Source: Scenedesmus sp. PABB004 (lineage: Eukaryota). From it: DNA of 47,869 nucleotides. The stretch lies in contig JABVCE010000047.1 in the NCBI GenBank assembly GCA_014905635.1, positions 62,001-109,869 on the forward strand, given 5' to 3'. The position numbers and the translations under genes were made by a program. Below, in pieces: positions 1 to 13,100 of the stretch. The stretch's first letter is position 1. Each line of letters starts with the position of its first letter. A model generated the notes under the pieces. It worked only from the letters and a program-made list of their open reading frames with translations. It had not been told where the DNA came from and did no database searches.

Positions 1-582
1 GCCGCGTGCGGGCCGCCGCCCTGCTCGCCGCGCGGCGGCCGCGAGCCCCGACCGCGCGCGGCTGCCCGCGGCTACGCGCGGCCACCGCTCTCCGCTGGCG
101 CCAGGCACGCGCCCGCCCCGGCTGCGGGCCTGCCTGGCCTGGCCGGCGCTGAGCCTGCCGCACCACCGGGGCGCCGCGGGAGCACCGTCGACGGCCGCCG
201 CCGAGCGCGTGCGGGCGCGCCAGGCGGCGTGCGGCCAGGCGCTGGCGCCGTGCGCCTGGTGAGCGTCCACGGCGGCACCTGCACGCGCGCTGGCCAGCGG
301 GCTGCACCGCGCTCCAGCGAGGATTGTGAACCTCACCGGAGGTCTGGCGCAGTCGCGCATCGCGCGCGCCGCGCGGCGCGCCCGGCCGGCGCTGCACCAC
401 ACAGCCCCTGCAGCCCCCACGCGCGCAGCACCCAGGGACGCCGCGAACGCGCTCCCGCCACACGTCTCGCGCGCGGTAGCGGCCGGGCGGGCGCAAGCGC
501 CGCGCGCCCGCCGCGCGGCGTGGGAGGCGCGCCGGGGACGCACGCCAAGGCGGCCGGTGGCGTGGGTGGCGCGCGGGGCGCC

Positions 583-1692
583 ATGTGCGCGGCAGGCCAG
601 CACGGCGCTCAAGATGCTCGGGGTGCGCGCCGCGCGGGCACGCCAAGGGCGGCCACGAGCGCTTCACGCCGCATGCCCGTCGCTCACCGACCGCCCGCGG
701 CGCGCGCAGGCGAGCCCAAGCCGGCCAGGCTGGAGGCGCCGTCCCGCGCCGCCGCCGGGGCGAGCCTGCTGGCCCGGCTGCGGCGCCAGGTGACGGGTGC
801 GGCCAGGCAGAGCAATGACCAGCTGCTGCCTCCCGTCACGCACTCTGGCGGCGAGGACGAGAGTGCCGCTGCCGCGGGCGACGCCGGCAGCCCAGCGCGC
901 GCGCAGCGCAGCGCCCTCGCGGCGGCCCGGCTGCAGCGCCTGTCGCAGCGGGTGCCGTCGCCCACCACCAGCACCAGCAGCGGCAGCAGTGTGGAACCGC
1001 TGCGCAAGCGCCCCGCCGAGGGGGGCGGCGCGGCGGAGCTGGTTCAGCGCCACAAGCTGGCCAAGGCGGCCTACGACACCCTCACGCGTCCGCAGCGGCA
1101 GCGCGACGACGACGAGCACCGCAGCCAGCAGCCGCAGCGCCCAGGCGACCTGGCGCCGGCGCCGTCGCTGCCGGCGCTGTCGGTGGTGGTGCGCGCGCTG
1201 CTGCAGCTCGCGGCGGAGCACGGCTCGCCCGCGGTGGCGGCGCAGCTGCGCGACCAGCTGCTGGCGCAGGTCAAGGCCGCGACCGCGGCCGCGCGCGGCG
1301 CGGGGCAGCCCGCCAGCGTGGCGGCGGCGCTGCACGGCGCGCTGCCGGCGCTGCGCGCCGCGGTGCGGGGCGTGTGCGGCGAGGCGCAGCTGGAGCTCGC
1401 GGCGGCGGCGCTTGCTGGCGAGGACGCGGCGGCGGTGGTCATCCTGCCCGAGGCGGCGCCGCGCCCAGGTCGCGGCGGCGACGCCGGGCCGGCGGCCTGC
1501 CCGGCCCGCGGCATCGCCGGCGGGGCGGCGAGCGCCCTGGAGACGGCCCTGCTGCAGGCGGAGTGCGAGGTCCAGCTCGGCGGGCTGGCGCTGGCCGAGG
1601 CGCGCGGCGGGGGCGGCCTGAAGCTGGGCGAGGCAGACATGGAGGCCCTGCTCGCCGCGGAGATGGCGTCGGCGATGGCGGCCGAGCTGTGA
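583..1692 (+). CDS. Hypothetical Ala/Leu-rich protein (start at ATG 583 or 673 uncertain)
   Basis: Open frame with coding-like codons (CTG/GAG/CAG) and helical-looking segments, ending at TGA 1690-1692 and followed by lower-GC UTR-like sequence. No recognisable domain. Confidence 0.5.
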   Translation: MCAAGQHGAQDARGARRAGTPRAATSASRRMPVAHRPPAARAGEPKPARLEAPSRAAAGASLLARLRRQVTGAARQSNDQLLPPVTHSGGEDESAAAAGDAGSPARAQRSALAAARLQRLSQRVPSPTTSTSSGSSVEPLRKRPAEGGGAAELVQRHKLAKAAYDTLTRPQRQRDDDEHRSQQPQRPGDLAPAPSLPALSVVVRALLQLAAEHGSPAVAAQLRDQLLAQVKAATAAARGAGQPASVAAALHGALPALRAAVRGVCGEAQLELAAAALAGEDAAAVVILPEAAPRPGRGGDAGPAACPARGIAGGAASALETALLQAECEVQLGGLALAEARGGGGLKLGEADMEALLAAEMASAMAAEL

Positions 1693-2239
1693 GGCGCGCC
1701 GCCAGCACGGCGGCGCCCTGGCGAGCACGGCCGCGCTGGCTTGATCTGACCTGCCCCTTGCACACTGCATAGTGGCGGCATGTTTGCGCTCGCCGCCCGC
1801 ACCCCCCTTTCGGCTATTGCAACGCTGCGTGTGCGGATGCCCCCCTTCCTTTGGTGAGCACTGCAGGGCAACAGCCCTACGCCGGGCCTCGATGCCCCTT
1901 GACACCACCTAGAAAAGCCTGCCGCGCCTGCATGCCTTTATTCTCGGTGCCAACCAACTGCGACGTGCATATCTTGCTGGTGGGCATCTCTTCATAACAC
2001 GGCAGTCAATGCGTTCGTTGATCGATCGGGCCTATGCTGCATGCGGACCTCACTGCGCGTGCCGCCTGCAAACGGGTCGGAGCTCGGCAATGACTCTCTT
2101 TTAATGCTTATGATCGCTTATGATCGCCGCCGTCCCCAACACCAACGCCAACCCCAATCGCGCCAACCTCGCCTGCAGCTCGTGCCCCTGCCCAGGCCGT
2201 CAGACCTCTCCCGCACCCCAGTGCCTGCTCAGCCTCGGC

Positions 2240-5200
2240 TCACGGCTGGCCTGCGCTGCCCGGCGCTCGCTCGCTCAGCAGCTGCAGCCACAGCTCCGCC
2301 AGCGGCGGCCTGTGCAGCGCGTGACGGGGCGGGGCAAGACGGGGCGGGCGGGGCGGGTCGGCGCGAGTGCGAGCAGCCGCGGCGGCGGTCGGCTGGCTGG
2401 GCCCGGGGAGGGGCCCCGCCGGCGCGCGCCGCGCACCGGTTGAGCAGCGCGTCGGCCGTCGCCTCGCCCTCCTGCAGCACGCCCTGCAGTTCGGCCACGC
2501 TGCCCACGGCGCCGCCGAGCAGCGTGAGCAGCTGCGCGCGCTCGGCGGTGCCCGCAGAGCCGGTCGGCTGCGCCGGCGCCGCGGCGCCGCCCGGCAGCGG
2601 TAGCGGCCGCTCGCCGCCGGCCGCCGGCTCAAAGAGCAGGTTGACAGACACGCCGCCGCTGCTGCGCCGCCGCGGCGGCGCCCAGCCGCCACTCACGCCA
2701 GCTGGGGGCGCGCCCAGGCCGGCGGGGCCGCGCGGCGGCATCACCTCGCTCGGGGGCGTGGCGCTTTGCTGGGGCGCCCCGCCTGCACCCTGGCTGGCGC
2801 CGGCGCCGCTGCTGCTGCTGCTGGCGCTTGCGCTCGTGGTGGTGAAGGAGACGTCGATGCTCGTGATCGTGACGCCCCCCGCCCCCGCCCCCGGCCCAGC
2901 GGCTGCGCCAGCCGCGGCGCCGCCTGCTGCGCGCGGCGCGGGGCTGAGCTCCTCGCCGCCGCTGCCGCCCCTGCAGCTCGTGGCGCAACTGTCGCTGCCG
3001 CCGTTGCTGAGCGCCAGCGAGCGCCTGAAGCGGCGCAGCAGGTAGGCGGCGCCGCCCTCGCGGCCGCCCTCGCCCTCGCCCTCGCTCGAGGCGCGCGGCG
3101 TCTCGCACGCCTGCAGCACCGTGCTGCCCAGGCTGCCGCCGCGCTCGCTCGGCGTGCCCCCTGGCGGCATGTGCTCGTCGTCGGCCGAGCCCGCGCGGCG
3201 CAGCTGACCCGCCGAGTGCGAATCCGCAGATGCGCTGTACGCCGGTGCGCCGTCGACGCTGCCGGCACTGCTGGCGGCGCGGCTGGGCCCCGCGCCGTGC
3301 TGCCAAGCAGCCGCCGCGCCCGCGTCGTCGGCCGCGCTGGTTGCGCTGCCGTGCGGCCCGCTCGGCGAGGGGCTGCTGAGGCTGCTGAAGGAGCCGGGCG
3401 AGCCGGCCTCCGCCGCGACAAGCGCCGACAGCCGGCCCGCCCGCACCAGCAGCGACCGCGCCGGGGTGCGCTCGGCCGCACCCGCCTGGACCAGCGCGGG
3501 CGGCGCCGCCTCGGCACCTGCCTGGACCAGCGCGGGCGGCGCCGCCGCGCTGCTCGCCGCCAGGATGCGGCGCATCAGCGGGGACGCCACCTGGCTCCAT
3601 GCAACACGCGGCGCGCGCGCGCCGCGGCTGCCCGCTTCGCAGGCGACTGTGTCGGGCGTGGCCAGGGCCAGGCACGCGGCGCTCGCAGCCGGCTCGCCCG
3701 CCGCCGGCTCCTCCGCCGCTGGCTCGCTCGCCGCCGGCTCCTCCGCCGCTGGCTCGCCCGCCGCCGGCTCCCTCGACGACAGGAGGCGCCGCATCAGCGG
3801 CGAGACCACCTCGCCCCACGGCAGCTGCCTGCGGGCGCCGCACGCCACGCCCGCGACGGGCGTGCTCGGCTCACTGCTGCTGCCATCGCTTGCTGCGCCA
3901 TCCATGCCGCCCTCGCGCGGCGCGGCCGCCGCCTCATCGCAGTCAGCGACACTGCCGCCGCTGCTGCTGCTGGTGCCGCTGCCGCTGCTGCTGCTGCTGC
4001 GCCGTGGCGGCCGCACGGACAGCCCCAGTTCAGCGTTGAGGCTGCGCGCCAGCAGCGGCGCGTGGAGGTGGCTGCTGACGCCAGCGCTGCTGGCGCTGCT
4101 GGCGGGGGGGCTGGCGCTGGCGCTGTGCTGCAGCTCCACGTGCTGCCCCACCGGCGTGTAAAGAGGGTTGAAGCTCGCCCACGCCTCATCGGGGAGGTCC
4201 AGGTGCGCTGGCGCGCGCTGCTCAGCCAGGCCCAGCAGCGAGTCCAGCGCCGACTCGCACGCTGAGCCCGACGGCGACGCCGGCCCCGCTAGCGGTGGCG
4301 GCGGCGGTGGCGCGGCGCCCGACGAGCCCCCGGGCAAGCGCGCGCCGGCTGGCGGCGGCAGCTGGCGCCCGCTGAGCTGTGGCGGGAGCTGCGGCCCCTC
4401 CTCGCCGCAGGGCGGCACGTGGCGCTCGTCCTGGCTGCTGGCAGGAAGCAGAACCATGTCTGGCGACCCGTGCCGCCCACTGCCGCTGTGGCCGCTGCTG
4501 CTGGCGCTGTCCGCCGACGGCGACCCTGCTTTGGGGTGCGCCGAGGCGCTGCTGGTGCCGGCGCTGGCGCAGCAGTTGGCGTCTGCACTGCTCCTGCTCA
4601 GGCTGGTCCTCCCTGACAGGTCGGACCACCCGGGCGACCAGGCAAGGCGCAGCGCCTCCGGCAGCCCGGGCTCCGGCAGCCCGGGCTCCGGCGGCACCTG
4701 CGTCTGCGGCGGCTGCGCCTCCAGCGGCTGTGCCTCCAGAGGCTGCGCCTGCAGCTGCTGGCGGGCCAGGCAAAAGGCCAGATCAGCCATCACCAGCCGC
4801 CACCGCTGGCCGTGCAGCTGGCGAGCTGCCGGCTGCGGCTCCGCCTGCGCCAGCTGCTCGCACACGCCGCGCGTCGCTGGCTCGTCCGGGTCCTGCCCAT
4901 CTGGCCCAACAGTGGGCCAGCCGCCCCCACCAGCCTGCTGCCATGCTGCTGTCAGGGACTGTGGTGGCAGCTCTGCGAGGCCCGGCGGGCCGGGCGCCAC
5001 AGCCCCCTGCTCAAAACGCCGCGCCCCAGGGCTGCCGGCGTCGACGTGCGCCGCGCCAAGGCTGGCATCACTGCCATGGCCGCTGTCGGGGCGCGGTCCC
5101 CGCACCACCGCAGTGGGACCGTCGTCGGCCGCGGGTGCCGCTGGCGCCAGCCCGCCGCTGCCGGCGCTGGAGGCGCTGCCGCTGGCCCCCCGGCTGCCGT

Positions 5201-8200
5201 TGAGGCTGCGCAGCGCGCGCAGCAGCGCCACCGGGTCGTCCACGTCCCCCACGCACGCCAGCAGCTGCAGCCACTCGTCCGAGCCGCGCTGCAGCGCACC
5301 CAGCAGCTGCTGGCTGGCCGCGCTCGCCCCGCGCGCGACCGCGGCTGCGGGGGCGCCGGCCCCCGCTGCCGCCGCGCCGGTGCCGTCGCCGCCGCCGTCG
5401 CTGAGCTCTGGAGAGCTCGGCGCAGCACTCGCGCCACGCGGCGGCAGTCCCTGCGCTACGGCCTCGGGGCTGCCCAGGCGCTCCTGCAGCTGGTCCACGA
5501 GCAGCTGCTGCTGCGCCAGCGGCCCAGGGCTGCCGGCGCCGGCGGCTGCCGCGCCTGGCGGCTCCGCTTCGGCCGACCCCGCCGCGCCGGCAACAACGCC
5601 TGGCGTGGCGGCGCGGCTGTTAGGGAAGTCCTCGCTGCCTGGCGAGGCCTGCGTGCGCCCGACCATGCCCAGGAGCTGCTCCGCTGCCAGCCAGCTGCCA
5701 CTGGCAGGCAGCAGCTCCGCGACAGGCACCGCCGTGGCGCCGCCGCCCGCCTCGCCAGCCGCTGCTGCAATGGCGGCCGCCTGCTGGGAAACAGCAGCTG
5801 CCTCGCAGCCGATTGCTGCCTCCGGGCTCGCGCCGCCGTCCACGCTGCTGACGGGCTGCAGCTCCGCCGCCTCCGCCTGCGCCAGCTCCGGAGGCGGCTC
5901 TCCCGCGGCTTGCTGCGCCGCGGCCGCGGGTGGGCTGGCAGTCTCCGGCTGCGGCTGCGCCCTGTCCGAGGGGCTGGCCAGGCCGCTGGGGCTGCTCCAG
6001 CTCTCACCGCCGCTGCTGGCCCGGGGCGTGGCCACGCCCGCGTCGCGTGCAGCCTCGGCGGGCCAGCCAGAGGCCAGGAGGGCGTCCATGGGCGGCCGCG
6101 GGGCCGCCGGCAACAGCCGGCGCTGCAGCAGCGAGGGAAGGGCCGCCGCGCCCGCCTGCGCCGCCAGCACACCGCTGCCGGGCCGGCCCCCAGGGGCGTA
6201 GGCGGGCGTGGAGAACTCCTGCTCCGGTCGCAGTGCCGCCGCGGCACGGGGCGTCTGCGGCGTGGAGTCGCCACGGCACGCCCCGGCGCCGCGCTCCGCG
6301 CCGAGCCCGCCTGCCTCGGCAGGCGCGGGTGCGGGTGCGGGCAGAGCGGGCAGTGCGGGCTGCACCGGCCAAGCCGCCGCCTCGCCTGCGCCGCTGCCGT
6401 CCTGCAACGACGCCTGGGAGAGCTCAGACTCCAGAAACTGCAGCGCAGCGCCCGCGAGGTGGAGCAGGGCGCTGTCGAGCATGGTGGCCTCGCTCACGGC
6501 CGGGCCGCCGCGCCCCTCTGCTGCCTGCACCAGGGCGCCAGGTGCGTCCAGGGCCGGCAGCTCCGCGGGCGCCCACGCCGCGGTGAGCGGCCCAGAGAGC
6601 GCCGCCGCCTCTGGCGCGGAGCGCAGCGGCCGGGGCGAGACGGCCAGCGGCCGCACTGCCCCCAGCGAGGCTGCCGCTGCACAGCCGCCGCCGCCGTCGC
6701 CGCCGCCATCAGGTCCATCACGCGTGCTGCTGAGGCGCCGGCTGTAGCGGAAGGGGCTGCTGGGCACCATGCCGGAGGGGCGGGCGGGCGAGTAGAAGGC
6801 GGCCGCGCTCGGCACGTCCAGGGAACCACCACCCCCAGCACATGAGCTGCGGGGCGACCTCACGTCAGCCGCCTGCAGGCTGGCCTCCTGCTGGTGTGCT
6901 GCCAGCGCCGGCGAATCTGTCTGCAGCGCTGGGTGCGCCGCGTCCGTCTGGCCCGCCGCGTCCGCCAGCTCTGCAGCCGCCTGCTGCGCCGGCGCATCTG
7001 TCTGCCCCGCCGCGTGCGCCTGCTGCGCCGCGTCCGTCTGCCCCGCCGCGTGCACCTGCTGCGCCACGTCCGTCTGGCCCGCCGCGTCCGCCAGCTCCGC
7101 AGCCGCCTGCTGCGGCGCCGGCGCATCTGTCTGCAGCGCCGCATGCGCCTGCTGCGCCACGTCCGTCTGGCCCGCCGCGTCCGCCAGCTCTGCAGCCGCC
7201 TGCTGCGCCGGCGCATCTGTCTGCAGCGCCGCGTGCGCCTGCTGCGCCGCGTCCGTCTGCCCCGCCGCGTGCACCTGCTGCGCCACGTCCGTCTGGCCCG
7301 CCGCGTCCGCCAGCTCCGCAGCCGCCTGCTGCGGCGCCGGCGCATCTGTCTGCAGCGCCGCGTGCGCCTGCTGCGCCGCGTCCGTCTGCCCCGCCGCGTG
7401 CACCTGCTGCGCCACGTCCGTCTGGCCCGCCGCGTCCGCCAGCTCCGCAGCCGCCTGCTGCGGCGCCGGCGCATCTGTCTGCAGCGCCGCGTCCGCCACC
7501 AGCACGCCTGGCAGGTGCAGCTCCTGCCAGCATGGCAGGCCTTGCTCGTGCTGACCCTCCTGCTCCGCCGTGCGCAGGAGCAGCAGCAGCTGGTCGGTCA
7601 AGTTGGCGCTGCCCGCGAGGCCCCGCGTTGCCGCAGCGAGAGCAGCAGCTACCGCCGCAGCTGCGCCCTCGTTCGCCGCTGCTGCCACGCGAGCAGCCTC
7701 CCGCTCCGCTGCGTCCGACCCGCTCTCCGGGCCGTCGCCAACCTGACACGCCACGTCGACGCCAGGCGGCTGCGCCGCGCTGGAGCCTCGACTCGAGGAG
7801 CGACGCTGCCTGCCCCTGCTGACCGGGTGAGGCACGTGGATGCGCCGGCTGCTGTGCGGCGCGACACTGCGCTGGAAGGCGGTTGCCAGGTTGCGCTGGA
7901 CGCCTGGGCTCCAGCCGCTGCCTGCTGCTGCTGCTGCCCCCCCGCAGGTGGCTGCAGCCTCGCCAGCGGCCCTCTGTATGCTCCTGTCGTCGCCGCCGCC
8001 GCTGCTGCTGTCGCCGCCGCTGCTGCTGTCGCCGCAGAAGCTGATGCTGCCACTGGCCGGCGCGTGAGGGTGCAGCACAGAGGCCAGCAGGCTGGCAGTG
8101 CCTGCGGCAGCGTCGTCCCCGCTGCTGCTGCCGCTGCTGTCGCTGCCCAAATGCAGCAAGCGCGCCCGCTGCACGAGCCTGCTGGGCGGCTGCCGCTTGC

Positions 8201-9554
8201 GCACAGTCGTCAGCCACTCTGACAGGTCCCAGCTGCGTTCAAAGCCGACCGCACGCCCGGCTGCTCCGCCGGCCGTTGGCCAGTCGCCGTGCAGCCTGGC
8301 GGCGCGGTTGGCTGGCGCCGAGGCCGCCCGCTGGCCGGCTTTGAGCGCGACCAGCTCCGCTGGCGGCGGCGGCGTGGCAAAGGGCGCTGGCGCGGGCTGC
8401 ACCGCGCCCTGGCTGCCGGCGGCACCGCCGCGGCCGCTGCTGCTCGCGCTGGGGCTTTCTGCGCTCAGCGTGCGGTCGAGGCCAGCCGCGGCGGCCGCCT
8501 GCTGACGCCGCGGCTGCTGGCGCGCCAGCCTGAGCACGCTGGCGTCCTCGCCGCGGCGGGGCGCCAGCCCGCCAGCCCGCTGCGCGCTCGCTGCGTTGCC
8601 GTCATCCGACAGCTCCACGCCGCGCGCGCGTGCGCGCAGGCGCTCCTCGAGCTCCCCCCTGACGCTTGCAGGCGGGGGCGGCGCGTGTGACTGGCGCTCC
8701 CCCTCTCCCTGGTGCTGCTGAAGCTTTCGGAGCAGCTGCGTGAGGGCTGCGTGGCTCGGCGGCGTGCCAGTGACGTGCGGCTGCAGCACCGCCTGCTGCT
8801 GCTGCCCCCGCATCGCCTGCAGCCGGTCGTAGAGCTTCGCCAGCGGCAGGGGGCTGGGCGAGGCGCGCAGCTGCGCCCCAACCTGCTCCTGCAGCCGCAG
8901 CTCCCAGTCCAGCTGCTCCTCGCGCGCCAGCTGCTCCTCGCGTGCCGGCTGCTCCTCGCGCGCCTGCTGCTCCTCGCGCGCCAGCTGCTCCAGCGGCGAG
9001 CGCCGCCGCGCGGCGGGGCTGTCGGCGCGCTGGGCCTGCAGCTGGGCCGCTGGCGGCTGCAGCGCCTGGTCCGCGTGAGGCGCAGCGTCGCTGCTGAGCG
9101 CCGCCTGGCGCGCCTGCCGCGGCAGCGATGGGGGCGTGCCCGCCGGCCACTGCGCCCGCTCAGAGGGGCTGCTGCCAGGCGCCACGCCGGGGTTTGTCCT
9201 GAGCTCCTGCTCGCGCTTGGCCATGCTCAGCAGCGAGGGCGCCACGCCGCGCGTGCCCAGGACGGCCCGGGGCGAGCCGACGCCGGGGCTGGCTTCGGCG
9301 GCCGGCGGCGACGCGCGCGCGCCGCCCTGGCGCACGCCGCGCCGGCCGCGCGGCTTGGCCGCCGCCTCCCCGGGGCTGGGCTGCTGCGGCTGGCGCGGCG
9401 GCGTGCGCTTGTCAAGCGGCACGCCCCGGGCGCGCGCGTCCTGGTCGCAGCTGGGCAGCTGCGCGGCCCGCGCCGCGCCGCTGGCCACCAGCTGCGCCAC
9501 CGCGTCATGGCGCGCCGGCGGGGGCGAGCACGCGCCTCCGCACTCGCCCTCCAT
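2240..9554 (-). CDS. Very large (~2,400 aa) low-complexity, probably disordered protein; one 3' intron
   Basis: 7.3 kb open frame from ATG 9554. GT-AG intron at 2436-2310 (CCG|gtgcgc...gtcac...cacag|GCC) gives the C-terminus ...DALLNRPPLAELWLQLLSERAPGSAGQP* with TGA at 2240-2242. Confidence 0.7.
3691..3770. repeat. 15-bp coding tandem repeat (EPAA[G/E/S]), about 5 copies
   Basis: Repeated ggctcgcccgccgcc / ggctcctccgccgct units. Confidence 0.8.
6915..7497. repeat. Coding tandem array with a ~129-bp higher-order unit, encoding 14 [G/L]QTD motifs
   Basis: Near-identical modules (DAAGQTD, HAAGQTD, HAALQTD, APAPQQAAAELA) are visible in the DNA and in the 2441-aa translation. Confidence 0.95.
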
Positions 9555-10128
9555 CGCCGCCGCCGCTCAAGCGAGCTGTCGCCCGGCCGACCGAGCCAGG
9601 CGCTGCTGCATGCGCCCAGCCAGCGCCAGGGAGCACACCCCGCAGGGCGCTGAGTTCCACGCCGCTGCCAGAAGGCAGCGCCGGGTGCGCACGGCGCCTG
9701 GGCGGCGAAAGCTGCGCACGGCGCGGGGCGGCGCGGTCAGGCGGCGGCGCGGGCACCGCCACGCGAGCGCCTGGAGGCGCGCAACCGCAAGCTCCGACGC
9801 ATCGGCGGGCTGTCTGAGGCCGCAGCGGTCGGGGCGGCCCAACTCGACGCGGGCCGCTGCCGGTGCCCCCCGCGCAGCACTCGCTGCGGCCCGCTCGTGG
9901 ACGTGCGCGCGCTGCGTCTCACCTGCGTGCCGTGCCGGCGGGCGTGGGCGCGCGCGCGGCCGCGCGTTGTTGCCGGCCGGGCTGCGCAGCCACCGCCGCG
10001 ATCGTGAGCTGGGCGTGCCGGAGAGACCGCGCAGTGGCGCTGGGAGAGCGCGGCGGGCTCGGCGTCGCGCGTGCGAGCAGTCAAACTTTCGCGCCTCAAC
10101 CGCAACCGCCGCGTGACCATGAGCCTTG

Positions 10129-13100
10129 TCAGCCGCCGCGGCCCAGGAGCTGCGCCTGCACCGCGCCGACCGTCCACGCCAGCTCCCCCTGCTGGGTGGC
10201 GGCCAGGTGCTCCAGCACCGGCAGCGCGACGGCGTGCAGGTCGGGCAGCACCGGCGCGACCGCGTCGAGCGGCAGCCACGCCAGCAGCGCCCCGAGCAGC
10301 CCCACCGCGACGGCGGCCTCGCCGACCTGCGTGCCGCTGCGGGTGCCGCTCGGCGGCGCCGCGTCGCCGTCCTCCAGCCCCGCCCACTCGCCGCTGAGGC
10401 CAAACTGCGCGAGCGCGCCGTGCAGCGCCTGCAGCAGCAGCTCCTCGCGCTCCGCCGCGCCCACGCGCGCCGCCAGCATCGGCGACAGCCGCTGCCGCCC
10501 GGTGCGGTCCAGGCCCACGCCCGCCTCCGCGCCGTGCTCGCCCGCCAGCGCCGCCAGCAGCCGCGCAGCGCACGCGCGCGCCCGGCTGGCGCGCACGCCC
10601 GCGGCGTCGGGGGCGCCGCCGCCGGCGTCGCGCCCGCCGCGCGCGCCGAGCAGGGCCAGGCCCGCGCGGAAGGCGCCGACCCACGCGGCCGCGCCGCCGC
10701 CGCCCTCCGCCGCGCCCCACGGCGCGGCGGGCGCGAGGGACACGGCGAGCGCCGCGCCGCGCGCGGCGGCGAGCGCGTCGCTGCCGCGCATGGCCGCGAC
10801 GAGCGCTGCGCCCAGGCTTCGGTCCGCGCCCGGCACGCCCTCCTCCCACAGGCTGCCCGCGAGCAGCGCGTGCACCGCGGGGCGCACCGTCGGCTCCGCG
10901 AGCGCGTGCAGCGCCGCCGCGGCCGCGCCGCCCGCGCCCGGGTGCTCCTGGTGGCGGCAGAGCAGCAGCAGCAGCGCGCGCGCCGTCTGGCTCGCCGCGA
11001 GGCTGCTGCAGAGCTCGACCGTGCCGGCGCAGGCGCCCGCCGCCGCGAGCGCCTCGGCCGCCGCGGCCGCGGCGCCGAGGTCGGGGCTGTGCAGCAGCGA
11101 CACGCAGCCGCCCCACGGGCTGCCGCCGCCGCCGCCCGCGGCGCAGAGGCGCCGGCAGAACGCCGCGTGCGCGCCGGCGCCGCCGTCGTCGAGGCCGCCG
11201 CCGGCGCCGACGCCCGCGGCGAGCGCGTCGCCCGAGGCGAGCAGGATGGCCGCGAGCTGCGCCGCCTTGGACGCGAGCTCGGGCGAGCCGGCGGCCAGGC
11301 AGGCCGCGAGCGCGGGCACGGTGTCGGCGTGCGCGCACAGCGGCGCCGCGAGGCTGTGCCCCGCCTGCGTGCACACGTCGCCGCGCGAGAGCGGGCGGAA
11401 GCAGCTGTCGTGCGGGTCGACGCGCGGCGTGAGGTGCAGCAGCACGTCCAGCGCGGCGCCGGCCAGCGCGTGCACGCGCTCCCGCCACGCCGCCTGCGCC
11501 GCAGCCGCCTCGGGGCTGGGCTCTCCCGCGCTGCGCGGCGCCCGATCCGCAGGCGCCTTGCGCTCGCTGCCGCCGGCCAGGCGCGACTGCAGCGCTGCCT
11601 TGGCGCCCCGCCACCAGCCGGGCTTGCGCCCCTTGCCCTCCTGGTCGCGCTGCGCCGCCGTGTCGCCGCCGCCGCTGCCGCCGCCGCTGCCGCTGCCGCC
11701 GCCGCTGCCGCTGCCGCCGCCGCCCTCCTGCCCCTCCTGCTCGGCGCCGTCGCCCCGCGCGTCCTCGAGCTGCAGCAGCAGCTCCATGACCTGCGTCAGC
11801 GCCGCCGCGTCCCAGGGGTCGGCCGCCAGCATGCCCTCCAGCTGGCCCATCATCGCCGCCACGACGTCGCCAAAGCCGGCGGGCGCGGGGGCGGCGGCGC
11901 CCTCGTTCGCGTCGTCCGCCTCGGACACGCGCTGCAGCTGCTGCTCGTTGGGGGCGCCGGTGAGGCTGCGCCGCGCGTGGCGGTGCTTGTGCTTGTGGCG
12001 GTCGCGCGCCTTTTCGCGCCTTGCCAGCTGCAGCTCCTCCAGCACCGACAGGATCTGGTGGATCGCCGCCGCCTCGTCTCCCAGCTTGGCGTCGGCCAGG
12101 CCCAGCAGCCCCGCCACCAGCCCGCTGTCGGTCAGCGAGCTGTCGCCCGGCGGCACGAGCTGCTCCGGCGGCGCCCGCCTGCTGCCGGCGCTCGGGCCGG
12201 CCCCGGCCGCGGCGCTGCTGCTGCTGGCGCCGTTGGCGTCGCCCCTGGCCGCGGCGGGCTGCTGCGCCAGCAGCGCCGCCTCCTTGCAGACCCACTTGAG
12301 CATCGACGGCAGCTGCTCGGGCTCGGTGCGCTCGTCGCCGATGTGGCGCAGCAGGCCGCGGCCGAGCTGCTCCAGCGCGTCGTGCCGCGTCACGCGGTGC
12401 TCCGCCACGCGCGCCGCCAGCACGCGCAGCTGGCGCAGCGTGCTCTCGGGCAGCGCGTCCTGGGGCCGGCGCGCGGCGCGCGGCTTGCGTTGGGCGGTGC
12501 CGCCCCCTCGGGCGGGCCGCGCCGCGCTCCCCCCGCCGCCCCCTCACCGGCAGCAGCGGCACGTCCAGCAAGCCCTGCACCGCGCCGCCCGCGACCTTGA
12601 GCTCCGCCGCCAACAGGCAGCGCACGTCTCGCGCCTGCAGGACGCGCAGCAGCCAGTGCTGGACCCGGCAGGCCTGCACCGCGCCGTGCAGCCCGCGCAG
12701 GCAGGAGTGCACGCCGGCTGCGCGGCGGCGGGCGGGCGCGACAGCGGGACGGCGACGTGAGGCGGGCGGCGGCGGCCGGCGGTGACGGCGGGGACGACCG
12801 AGCTGCCAGCGCGGGCTCAGGGAGCTGCGCGCCACCCACCGACGGCGGCCAGCAGCTGCTCGTCGCCGGCCACCTCCTCGCTCTGCAGGGCGGCCTTCTG
12901 CAGCCGGGTGACCACGTGCGTCAGGTCGGCCGCGACGTCACCGATGAGCGCCACGTCGCGCGTGTTGAGGTCGGCTGCGGCGGCGGCGGCGGCGGCGGGC
13001 AGCGGCGGCACGTCGGGCGGCGGCGGGCGCGACGGGGAAGGTGGCACACGCGGCCTGCGTTCGTCAAGAGCAGGGCGACCTGCGCTGCCCAGCGAATGCT

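Noticed and set aside
6915..7497. CRISPR-like array
   Set aside because: In-frame coding repeats without unique spacers, no cas genes, and a eukaryotic context.
9737..12835. Very long alternative-frame and antisense ORFs (1032, 965 and 824 aa here; also 20223..22904 and many others)
   Set aside because: Arg/Ala/Pro/Gly-rich shadows caused by stop-codon scarcity at very high GC. They overlap better-supported genes.
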